Assembly: GCA_016933055.1 (NCBI GenBank)
Contig: JAFGBS010000014.1
Span: 150,001 to 182,000 of the forward strand
Length of the DNA: 32,000 bases
Reading direction: 5' to 3'
Source: Promethearchaeota archaeon
Lineage (GTDB): Archaea; Asgardarchaeota; Lokiarchaeia; Sigyniarchaeales; Promethearchaeaceae
A program made the translations under genes and the position numbers. This document shows, in pieces, positions 16,757 through 24,953 of this stretch (the stretch's first letter is position 1; each line of letters starts with the position of its first letter). The notes under the pieces were generated by a model. The model had not been told where the DNA came from. It ran no database searches and worked only from the letters and a program-made list of their open reading frames with translations.

Positions 16757-18469
16757 TAATTCTTTTATTAATTTCTGAACTTCGACTTCTTGTTGTTTGG
16801 GAGTTTTATCTAGTTTCTTTTTATGGTTCTTTGCCCATTTTGTTTCAATTCTTTCCCGATGTAACGTATTAAAAGCGCAAAACGGTATTTCTAATACATG
16901 GGATTCATCATCCGGATCAAGCACGCCATAATGAACTACACATCTCTGAACGCGCTCTATATCAAAATTATAGATATCTTGGAAATGCATGGATCCGATA
17001 AATAATAAACCATTTAGCAGCATATCTTTTGAGGTGCGTAATGAGGGATATACAAGCAGTTTAAACACATTAATGTAAAATTTATCATCTAGGATTTTCC
17101 TCCATTCAAGATCATAAATGTATTTGAGAGTACCGGCAATAAAATACGCTTTCATCATATTACGGTAGGCGATATCCGTAAGGTTATCTGTTAGATCACC
17201 AAGGGCATCAATTAGTTTTTTCATACCGAATTTTCCAGCAAATTCCTCGATGCTACTAAATAATCCCGATTGGGTGGGTTTGGGAATTTCACATTTTTGT
17301 ACCATATCCCATACTTCCCCAGCCCATGTCAGCATCCCTTCTACATCAAGATATTCATGCAAGGGTTTCCAACCGCCCTCAGGCTGAATTTGAACTACGG
17401 TAGCAAATCCACAACTATCATGAGCGGTTATTGCCCATCCGGGATTATCTGAAAACCAAGAAAGAAGTTGTGTGAGTTTATTGCTTGCGCCTAAGGGATA
17501 AAAATCTTTAGGACTAAGACTACCTTTGGTGATTCGTTCAATTTCTTGAGTTAGATCACTGTTTGTATAGCGAAGTCGTCGAAGATCTTCCATTGTTACC
17601 CTTCCACATAAAGAAACGGGTTGGAATACTATTCCACATACTACATCATTATTTTCTCGTGCAAATTGTAAAACATTTTCTACTTCATGGTCATTTTCTC
17701 CTTTACATACAGTCATAACCAATTGTACTCCCGTAATACCTACCTCTCGGCAATTTTCAATCACTTTACGTTTTACTTTGCTGAGATCAACTCCTCTGAT
17801 GGATTTATACGTTTCTGGTTCAATTCCATCAAATGACAAATATAAGGCTAAATCTGGATAAGCATTTTTTAACTCCTTACAAAATTCAATGGATTGCGCC
17901 ATTTTGACTCCATTTGTATTCAATAAAATGTGTTGGAAGGATAATTCAGCGGCTTTTTTTATAATTTTCACTATATCGGGATGAAGAGTCGGTTCTCCTC
18001 CTGAGAATTGTGCAACGGGAGCAAAATAGGGACGTTGTTTTACGAAGTGTTCCATGATGCGAACAGTTTCTTCATAAGAATATTCAACAATATGACCAGC
18101 CGCATTGGCATTGGCATAGCAGATCGGACAGTTGAGATTACAGCGATTGGTAACATCCAATATCATTAGATTAGCTGCAGATTTGTGTTGAGAGCATAAA
18201 CCACAATTATTAGGACACTCGTTTACAAACGGTTGTAATTCAATATTTTGGGGAGCAGTATCCATACGGGAATGAAGAACTTCGTTTACAAGTGAATGTT
18301 TCCATTTATACAGTTCCGGGTCTTTGGATAGAATATCCTCGAAATCTCCATGTTCTTCACAAGTTTTTCGCATTAGAACTAGATTACCGTCTTCAACGAT
18401 TCGAGCTTTGATATTTTTTTGGCATTCTGGGCAAATAGAAAGTGTGTGTCGGAGAAGAATTTCTGTCAA
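16751..18469 (-). CDS. tes: Radical SAM enzyme of the tetraether synthase (Tes / GDGT-MAS, MJ0619) family
   Basis: N-terminal TLSICPEC..KTCEEHG (rubredoxin-like site), CPNNCGLCSQH (auxiliary cluster), TNRCNLNCPICYA (SAM cluster), QFSGGEPT, AHDSCG, RCVVHY and IPFCAFN give the full Cys pattern of this family. Likely TTG start at 18469 with AGGAG upstream; the ORF extends to 18514. Confidence 0.8.
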   Translation of the reverse strand: MTEILLRHTLSICPECQKNIKARIVEDGNLVLMRKTCEEHGDFEDILSKDPELYKWKHSLVNEVLHSRMDTAPQNIELQPFVNECPNNCGLCSQHKSAANLMILDVTNRCNLNCPICYANANAAGHIVEYSYEETVRIMEHFVKQRPYFAPVAQFSGGEPTLHPDIVKIIKKAAELSFQHILLNTNGVKMAQSIEFCKELKNAYPDLALYLSFDGIEPETYKSIRGVDLSKVKRKVIENCREVGITGVQLVMTVCKGENDHEVENVLQFARENNDVVCGIVFQPVSLCGRVTMEDLRRLRYTNSDLTQEIERITKGSLSPKDFYPLGASNKLTQLLSWFSDNPGWAITAHDSCGFATVVQIQPEGGWKPLHEYLDVEGMLTWAGEVWDMVQKCEIPKPTQSGLFSSIEEFAGKFGMKKLIDALGDLTDNLTDIAYRNMMKAYFIAGTLKYIYDLEWRKILDDKFYINVFKLLVYPSLRTSKDMLLNGLLFIGSMHFQDIYNFDIERVQRCVVHYGVLDPDDESHVLEIPFCAFNTLHRERIETKWAKNHKKKLDKTPKQQEVEVQKLIKELS

Positions 18470-18656
18470 TCTGTTTATGCTCCTTTTACTGAGTGTTGAA
18501 TATAATTTTATCACTATTAAAAAATTTAGTCTTTATCTAATTTATATCGCATAATTGTGTCTATTTGAATAGCTTTTCCATATTCAAAGTTGTATAATCT
18601 TAATGTTTTTGTACTGTGTAACTATCAAAGAAATAATCTCGCAATTGGTACATATT

Positions 18657-19322
18657 ATGACAATACCACGATATCTCGATCGAAACACGGAACTAGTTAG
18701 AAAACGACTCATTGAGCAAGTTAAAATTTCACTGGATAAGGGGAATAAGTTTATAGAAAAAGAAATGTCCTCCAATCTGTTTGTGCTTGTAAAACCCATC
18801 ATTAAGTTTTTCTATAATGAAGTGAAACGTAAAGACATGGAATCGGGGAGTTACAAGCAAATCGATTTATCCATCAAAGCTGCAAAAGATGTAATACTAG
18901 AACAAATATCATTGGAGATGGCAATTGAACGGTATTTTCAGCAGTATTTAAAATCAGATCAAACTTACCAAACTTTAAAGAAACATCATAAAAATTATCC
19001 CAAATTAGTGAACAACACAAAAGATGTGTTCAGAGAGCAAGTGAGACCACTAATTGATCTCCTTCAAAATGATTCGGAAAATATTACGACATATGAAAAT
19101 TTAGCTAAAGAGACTTTTAAATCAAAAGAGAAAACCTTGAATGCCTTAACAGGACAGTTTGAATTTATGGAACAAGGCTTAAAATGGATTAAGGAGGATT
19201 TAACAATAATCAATCTTCCTATGGGCAGAGACATTTTGTATAAAATTCTATTACAAGGTTATCAGGAAACCGTTAACGAATTAGTTTCAGAAACCGAGGC
19301 GATGTATGATGCCTTATATTAA
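18657..19322 (+). CDS. All-alpha hypothetical protein
   Basis: Long ORF with helical amphipathic composition, co-oriented with and overlapping the next gene. ATG at 18657 is preferred over TTG at 18603. Confidence 0.7.
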   Translation: MTIPRYLDRNTELVRKRLIEQVKISLDKGNKFIEKEMSSNLFVLVKPIIKFFYNEVKRKDMESGSYKQIDLSIKAAKDVILEQISLEMAIERYFQQYLKSDQTYQTLKKHHKNYPKLVNNTKDVFREQVRPLIDLLQNDSENITTYENLAKETFKSKEKTLNALTGQFEFMEQGLKWIKEDLTIINLPMGRDILYKILLQGYQETVNELVSETEAMYDALY

Positions 19323-20493
19323 CTCAGAATTCGAAGAAGATTTCATATCTGATGAAGAACTTGAAGATGATAGCGAAGCTCTCATTCAGTCTCGAATTAA
19401 GTATCAAATTAGTACTCTGGTTAAAGTAAAGCGGATTATATTTTGGATATTATACATTATTGTATTTTATTTCTTCGCATCTCGGAATTCTGGATACCTT
19501 TCTTTTCTCGAATCAGGAATTGATCGAATTTCTGGTGTAAAATTTCTCACTGGATTTTTAGTACTGATTCTCTGTGCAAATATCGCAGGACCTATCGCGG
19601 GAGGAATTGGAGCTCTATTGGGAGATCTTACGTATCAATTAGTAACTACTAAGACCATACGGATGGAATTTTTACTAATAGCAATTCTTATGGGAGTAAC
19701 AGCAGGAGTATTTCGGTTTGATAAAGAAAAAACTCTAAAGAAAATGAAAGTAATGCACTTGTTTTATAGTCTAGTAGGAGCCATTATATTTTCTTTGGGA
19801 GTTTTGTTTCTTATTGCATGGGTTCGTAATCCAGGACTGAATTGGAGTTCTGAGCTCGGTTCAGCATTACAATTTAATTATTTTCAGTTCTTCTTATCCG
19901 AAATAACGTCTTTTTTATTTTTAGCACCCATAATCATAGCTATTTTGGATCGGGTGTTACGTTGGGCTTCAAATGATAAGGGGATTGCCTATAAATTCTT
20001 TTTTACCCACCATTATGAGGAACAAGCAGATCATACAATCCCCATAGACATCGGTGGATACCAATTTTTTGTATGCTCACGCTGTTCAGGAACGGTGTCT
20101 GGTATCTTATTGATGTTTTTTATCGATTCTGTATTATTTGAATATAATAATGGTGTTGAGATTATCAATCCGACCATTGCATTCATCCTATCCATTGTTT
20201 TTACTATCCCGGCCCTTTCCGATTGGGGAACTCAAAAACTGCTTCTGCGGGAGAGTAACGATACAATTCGCTTACTAACGGGAGTATTTCTAGGGGCAGC
20301 GATCCATTTATTAGTATTAGCAGTAGACCAATATGTTATTGGAGTTATTATTGTGCTTGTTGCGTATTTCGGAGCATTTTTTACCATGTTTGCATTGGGT
20401 AATCGCAAATTGCGTCGCTTTATCCAAAAACGCATAAATAAAACAGTGAGTGAAAATGAAATGGATAAAAATACGAAGGAATCGAAAGATTAA
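19306..20493 (+). CDS. Membrane protein: ECF S-component-like domain fused to DUF2085-like domain
   Basis: About 9-10 hydrophobic helices. AGPIAGGIGALLGDL is a typical ECF S-component signature. The C-terminal THH..HT..IGGYQFFVCSRCSG and PALSDWGTQ..RESNDTIRLLTG match the DUF2085 pattern. Confidence 0.65.
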   Translation: MMPYINSEFEEDFISDEELEDDSEALIQSRIKYQISTLVKVKRIIFWILYIIVFYFFASRNSGYLSFLESGIDRISGVKFLTGFLVLILCANIAGPIAGGIGALLGDLTYQLVTTKTIRMEFLLIAILMGVTAGVFRFDKEKTLKKMKVMHLFYSLVGAIIFSLGVLFLIAWVRNPGLNWSSELGSALQFNYFQFFLSEITSFLFLAPIIIAILDRVLRWASNDKGIAYKFFFTHHYEEQADHTIPIDIGGYQFFVCSRCSGTVSGILLMFFIDSVLFEYNNGVEIINPTIAFILSIVFTIPALSDWGTQKLLLRESNDTIRLLTGVFLGAAIHLLVLAVDQYVIGVIIVLVAYFGAFFTMFALGNRKLRRFIQKRINKTVSENEMDKNTKESKD

Positions 20494-21040
20494 CCAATAT
20501 GGGAGTTCCCGAAAAATATTTTCACAATTATTATTACCCTACAATCCAACTCCTGAAGATTTGATACGAACAGTCTTGCATGAATTAACGGTCAAGAAAG
20601 GACAAGTTTTATACGATTTAGGTTGCGGTGATGGTCGAGTCTTACGAATAGCAGCAGAAGAGTTTGGATTACATGCAGTGGGATATGAAATCGATACTAC
20701 ACGAATCCAAGTATGTCGAGAAACGCTTAGAAGTCTTCCTCTCAAGATTCAAAAAAAAATTCGGATATTTGAACAAGATTTATTTACGGCTGACCTAAAC
20801 AAGGCGGATTTAGTGTACATTTATGGATTACCAGACGTATTTCCCTATCTCGTCCATGTTATCCAAACTTGCCAACCAGATACCATACTTATACTTGTTT
20901 TATATGAACCAGGTGAAACTGTGAAGAGAGAGATGGGAATTGTGATTGAGAGAAAAATATCTATTCGAAATGCTAGTTGGTTCGCATATATTGCTAAAAA
21001 AATGGAGAAAGAAAACAGTGGCGCCGCGACCGGGATTTGA
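20450..21040 (+). CDS. Class I SAM-dependent methyltransferase (FAM173/aKMT-like protein-lysine methyltransferase group)
   Basis: PYNPT, VLYDLGCGDGR (motif I), VGYEID, EQDLFTADLNKADLVYIY. Its 3' end overlaps the tRNA gene on the opposite strand. Confidence 0.8.
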   Translation: MKMKWIKIRRNRKINQYGSSRKIFSQLLLPYNPTPEDLIRTVLHELTVKKGQVLYDLGCGDGRVLRIAAEEFGLHAVGYEIDTTRIQVCRETLRSLPLKIQKKIRIFEQDLFTADLNKADLVYIYGLPDVFPYLVHVIQTCQPDTILILVLYEPGETVKREMGIVIERKISIRNASWFAYIAKKMEKENSGAATGI

Positions 21041-21127
21041 ACCCGGGTCCAAGGAGATCTGCAAGATCGTCGAGAACTCTCAATCTCATGACAGTCCTCG
21101 ATGCTCACCGAACTACACTATCGCGGC
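21019..21127 (-). tRNA. tRNA-Asp(GTC) with 32-nt intron at 37/38 and encoded CCA
   Basis: The reverse complement folds as: acceptor GCCGCGA/TCGCGGC, discriminator G, CCA, D-arm GTGT/GCAT, anticodon stem GAGGA/TCCTT with loop CT-GTC-A^C, and T-arm CCGGG-TTCAAAT-CCCGG. Mature length is 77 nt. Confidence 0.96.
21057..21088 (-). other. Archaeal tRNA intron with canonical bulge-helix-bulge
   Basis: Intron TGAGATTGAGAGTTCTCGACGATCTTGCAGAT. Central helix CUGU/GCAG, 3-nt bulges CA^U and AU^C, and flanking helix GAGAU/AUCUU. Confidence 0.92.
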
Positions 21128-21313
21128 AATACAGATATTTAAAAAGTAAATCAAAAAAATTGCTCGTAACTAATAAATTTTTCTTAACTTCAGTGCCTTT
21201 ATTATGACCATTCTATTCCAAACTTCAAGAGAGCTCTTCGGTACTTCCTCCTTTTTTTATAGTACTTGTATTTTCTGCGTTCAGTTCAAAATTACGACTA
21301 AGGAAAATTACAA

Positions 21314-23002
21314 TTAAAGATAGAATAAAGATGAACGACTATAATTTACTTCTAATGAATCTAATAATCGAAAATGCTCGAATAGACGGATTTTAAAATG
21401 ATTCCAACTCTTTAGAGATTGTTCAGTCCATAAAACTTCTGCAAGTGCACTCATTCTTGGGACACACATGTATTCAATATGGTCTGGAGTCTCAATGTAT
21501 TCGGTCCAAAGGTTCCCTTGAGCCCCCAAAATGTATTTAGCTTCTTCCGAATTTAATTCGGCCGGAATAGGTTCAAAACTATAGACTTTTGACAAAGGAA
21601 TATATCCTCCAATTGCTTTGGGCTCAGTGAGAGGATCACCTTGATAATAATCGAAATAACAATGCTCAGTGGGGGTCATTATTACCGTATGGTTTAATCT
21701 AACCGCAGCAATTGCTGCATCCCAGCTATTCCATGCCATAACTGTGGCATTTTCAGCCAATCCACCCTCGATTATTTCATTCCAACCTATGATTGAACGA
21801 TTATGAGCTTGTAAAAAGGTACTAATTTGTGAGATGAAATAACTTTGCAGTTCACTTTCATTTTGTAAGCTTTCATTCATAATTCTGGCTTGACATTTTG
21901 GACATAATTCCCAACGAGCTTTCGGACATTCATCCCCACCAATATGGATATATTTAGACGGAAATAACTCTATAACTTCCAATAAAACCGTTTCAAGAAA
22001 CTCAAAAACTTCGTCATTCCCTGCGCAGTAAACATCTTCATAAATCCCCCATTTTGTTGGAACACTATATGGACCACCCGTACAGGATAGCTCGGGATAC
22101 GCAGCTAGAACCGCCATACAGTGACCTGGCATTTCGATCTCGGGAATAATTGTTATATATCTTTTTTCAGCATATTCTAAAATGTCTCTTATCTCATCTT
22201 GCGTGTAATATCCACCGTAAATATTTCCATGTCCTTCCATACGATATGCTCCTATTTCGGTTAATTTGCTATAATTCTTTATTTCGACTCTCCAGCCTTG
22301 ATCATCCGTTAGATGCCAGTGAAATGTGTTATATTTATATAATGCTAACAGATCGAGGTATTTTTTAATGAAACTAACGGGGAAAAAATGCCTAGCTACA
22401 TCCAAATGCATTCCACGATATGAAAATCTGGGCTGGTCTCGAATCTGGAGACAAGGCAGTAATATCTTGTCCTCTTTTATCAATCCATTTAGTTTTCCGA
22501 TGGAGGGAGGAAATAGCTGTAAGAGTGTTTGAATACCATAGAATACTCCCTTAGGATTTTGAGCCGTAATCAAAATTATACTTTCATTGATAACCAAATT
22601 ATATCCCTCATTTCCCAACTTGTCTTCTGATAAATTTAATTCCAACTGGAGGGTTCCGTTCAAGAAAGTTGTAGGAATAGTTTTTATTTCGATTTCACGT
22701 CCCATGGAATATCGTAATTTCTCAGCCAAATAATCCCCTGTTTCTTTTAATTTTTCACTAGAATTATCAACTGAAATAAAAAATTCACTGGTTACCTCAA
22801 AGAAACCTGAATTTGTTATTACATGCAAGGGTCTGGGTATGATCGGGTATTCGAGACCATCATTCGCATTTTTATAGATTAGAAAACCTCCGATGAAACT
22901 AGAGATCACCCAAACTGCAATTATTGAAGCAATTATGCAACTATTTTTCCATTTCAAGCCCCGATTCACCATCTTGAAGCAATCAACTGTACCAATATGC
23001 AC
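21314..23002 (-). CDS. Membrane-anchored beta-N-acetylhexosaminidase (GH20)
   Basis: PRFSYRGMHLDVARHF, HWHLTDDQGWR, PEIEMPGH, HIGGDE (catalytic Asp-Glu), GWNE, YFDYYQ and GAQGNLWTEYI. One N-terminal hydrophobic helix (IIASIIAVWVISSFIGGFLIY). The start may be ATG 22972. Confidence 0.95.
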   Translation of the reverse strand: MHIGTVDCFKMVNRGLKWKNSCIIASIIAVWVISSFIGGFLIYKNANDGLEYPIIPRPLHVITNSGFFEVTSEFFISVDNSSEKLKETGDYLAEKLRYSMGREIEIKTIPTTFLNGTLQLELNLSEDKLGNEGYNLVINESIILITAQNPKGVFYGIQTLLQLFPPSIGKLNGLIKEDKILLPCLQIRDQPRFSYRGMHLDVARHFFPVSFIKKYLDLLALYKYNTFHWHLTDDQGWRVEIKNYSKLTEIGAYRMEGHGNIYGGYYTQDEIRDILEYAEKRYITIIPEIEMPGHCMAVLAAYPELSCTGGPYSVPTKWGIYEDVYCAGNDEVFEFLETVLLEVIELFPSKYIHIGGDECPKARWELCPKCQARIMNESLQNESELQSYFISQISTFLQAHNRSIIGWNEIIEGGLAENATVMAWNSWDAAIAAVRLNHTVIMTPTEHCYFDYYQGDPLTEPKAIGGYIPLSKVYSFEPIPAELNSEEAKYILGAQGNLWTEYIETPDHIEYMCVPRMSALAEVLWTEQSLKSWNHFKIRLFEHFRLLDSLEVNYSRSSLFYL

Positions 23003-23185
23003 TTAAACATGAATGATGTGCTATTTTAATTTGAAGATTTATTTCATTCATCGAATTTCATTTTTTCCGTCTTATATGACGTTTTTCATGATTTTTTCTA
23101 TAATCTAAAATCACAATTTTTTTTACATAATTAGTTAAATAATTATCAACCCCTTAACTTAATTTAACGGGTGAGTGAGAAAACA

Positions 23186-23989
23186 ATGGAAAAACAATTT
23201 TTAGAACAATCTAGAATTAGTGATAAATATCTGAAGAAGTTCAATCTCGTGATGTTTTTTTTGCACTTCGTTCAAGCATTGACCATGCTTTTACTCGGAC
23301 TCTTCGTAGCACAGATAAGAGATTTTGAATTGCCCATTACAACGACCTATCTACAATTCATTCCAGGACCAGACATTTTAGTACCGAACTATCAAACTAT
23401 TGGATCAATTCCTATAGGACCAATTGTATCTTCTTTCTTGTTCCTATCAGCATTGGCACACTTCTTGATAGCAGTCCCCTTCAACAAATTCTACAATAAA
23501 TCTTTAGATAAACATGTGAACTATTTCCGATGGTTTGAATACGCTTTAAGTTCTTCAGTAATGATCGTACTGATTGCGATGTTCTTTGGTGTTTATGATC
23601 TATCAAGCTTGGTTCTGATTTTTGGCGCAAATGCAACAATGAACTTGCTGGGATTAATGATGGAGATTCATAATCAAACAACCAAGAAGACCAGTTGGAT
23701 TGCGTTCAACATCGGTTGGGTAGTTGGATTACTTCCATGGGCAGTAATAATACTTTATCTACTTGGAAATAATGTATCCTTTAGTCAAGTCCCCTGGTTT
23801 GTATGGGCTATCTTTTTCAGCTACGGTGTCTTGTTCTTTACATTCCCGATCAATATGTTCTTACAATATAAGAAAGTAGGAAAGTTTCAAGATTACCGTT
23901 TTGGAGAAAGAGGTTATATCATCCTATCACTCGTTGCAAAAACCCTTCTAGCATGGTTAGTTTTTGCTGGAGTTTTACAACCTTCTTAA
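23186..23989 (+). CDS. Heliorhodopsin
   Basis: Seven hydrophobic helices with LHFVQ (His), SALAHF (His), NYFRWFEYALSSSVM (Arg and counterion Glu) and ERGYIILSLVAKT (retinal Lys at 23939-23941). ATG 23186 has GGTGAG upstream; the ORF track starts at GTG 23171. Confidence 0.93.
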   Translation: MEKQFLEQSRISDKYLKKFNLVMFFLHFVQALTMLLLGLFVAQIRDFELPITTTYLQFIPGPDILVPNYQTIGSIPIGPIVSSFLFLSALAHFLIAVPFNKFYNKSLDKHVNYFRWFEYALSSSVMIVLIAMFFGVYDLSSLVLIFGANATMNLLGLMMEIHNQTTKKTSWIAFNIGWVVGLLPWAVIILYLLGNNVSFSQVPWFVWAIFFSYGVLFFTFPINMFLQYKKVGKFQDYRFGERGYIILSLVAKTLLAWLVFAGVLQPS

Positions 23990-24007
23990 ACCAATTTTTT
24001 TTTATTT

Positions 24008-24838
24008 TTAATTTTTTTGAGAAATATTTCGGTTTGATTTTATCTTGCGTGAGCTAAGAAGATATTTCGAAAACATATTATATTGGTGGCGATTCTTAGA
24101 TTTAAGTGCCCAGATTGCGTCTACGGGGCATAGATTTACACATCCATTACAACCAACACAGATTCTTTCACGTATGACTGGATATCCTTTTTCATTAAGC
24201 GTGATTGCACCCGATGGACAAATTACTTCGGCACATATTCTGCATTTTGTGCATTTTTTCCTATTTATTTGCTTAAATCCCGCTGTTAACGCCATCTGCC
24301 AGCGAAATGAAAGTAAAGCGGTCCAAACAGAGAGAAGATAATTCTGTTTAGGAATTTCTTCAATTTTGTATTCCAAGTTATGAAAAATCTTATGCACAAA
24401 TTCATAGGACCGATTTTTGTCATATTCTGATATAGTATAATTTGGTATGATTCTTCGCTTATTCGGCATCCAAGCTCGTATATTCGTAGTAACTGATACA
24501 GAAAACGCTCCTAAACTTGGACCTGCTGTTCTTGCAATAGATTTATACAGATTCCAATGGGTATTTCCTTTTTGTCCCCCAGTAGTGGAAAACACAAAGA
24601 ATGGCTTTCTCTGAAAATCTAATTTTTTTAAAATGGTTGTTACCATTCGTGGAGCCCGATAGGAATATACCGGGGCACCAATTCCAAATAAATCATATGT
24701 ATTTAAATCAATTTGAGAATTATGCTTAATACGAATAAGATCTGAAGTATGACCGATTTCGTTTAGATTTTCCCTTAAAATGTTAGCCAATTGTGCTGTA
24801 GTTCCAGTACCAGAGAAAAAAACTAAACAAACTTTCAT
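24008..24838 (-). CDS. EFR1-family flavodoxin-fold / 2x[4Fe-4S] ferredoxin protein
   Basis: N-terminal FFSGTGTT flavodoxin motif and GAPVYSY. C-terminal CTKCRICAEVICP and CVGCNGCVNLCP. Confidence 0.88.
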   Translation of the reverse strand: MKVCLVFFSGTGTTAQLANILRENLNEIGHTSDLIRIKHNSQIDLNTYDLFGIGAPVYSYRAPRMVTTILKKLDFQRKPFFVFSTTGGQKGNTHWNLYKSIARTAGPSLGAFSVSVTTNIRAWMPNKRRIIPNYTISEYDKNRSYEFVHKIFHNLEYKIEEIPKQNYLLSVWTALLSFRWQMALTAGFKQINRKKCTKCRICAEVICPSGAITLNEKGYPVIRERICVGCNGCVNLCPVDAIWALKSKNRHQYNMFSKYLLSSRKIKSNRNISQKN

Positions 24839-24953
24839 ACTTTTAGAAAACCACTACACTTCAAAAATCTACCAGTACGATAATTTAACTTTTTATTCAA
24901 TCGCAATGAATTTGAATTTAAAAGCGATTCGTCAATTGATTATATGAGTTTGA

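Noticed and set aside
21314-21325. GH20 C-terminus FYL as a HbYX motif
   Set aside because: The protein is predicted to be extracellular and lacks a flexible acidic tail, so this is a chance match.
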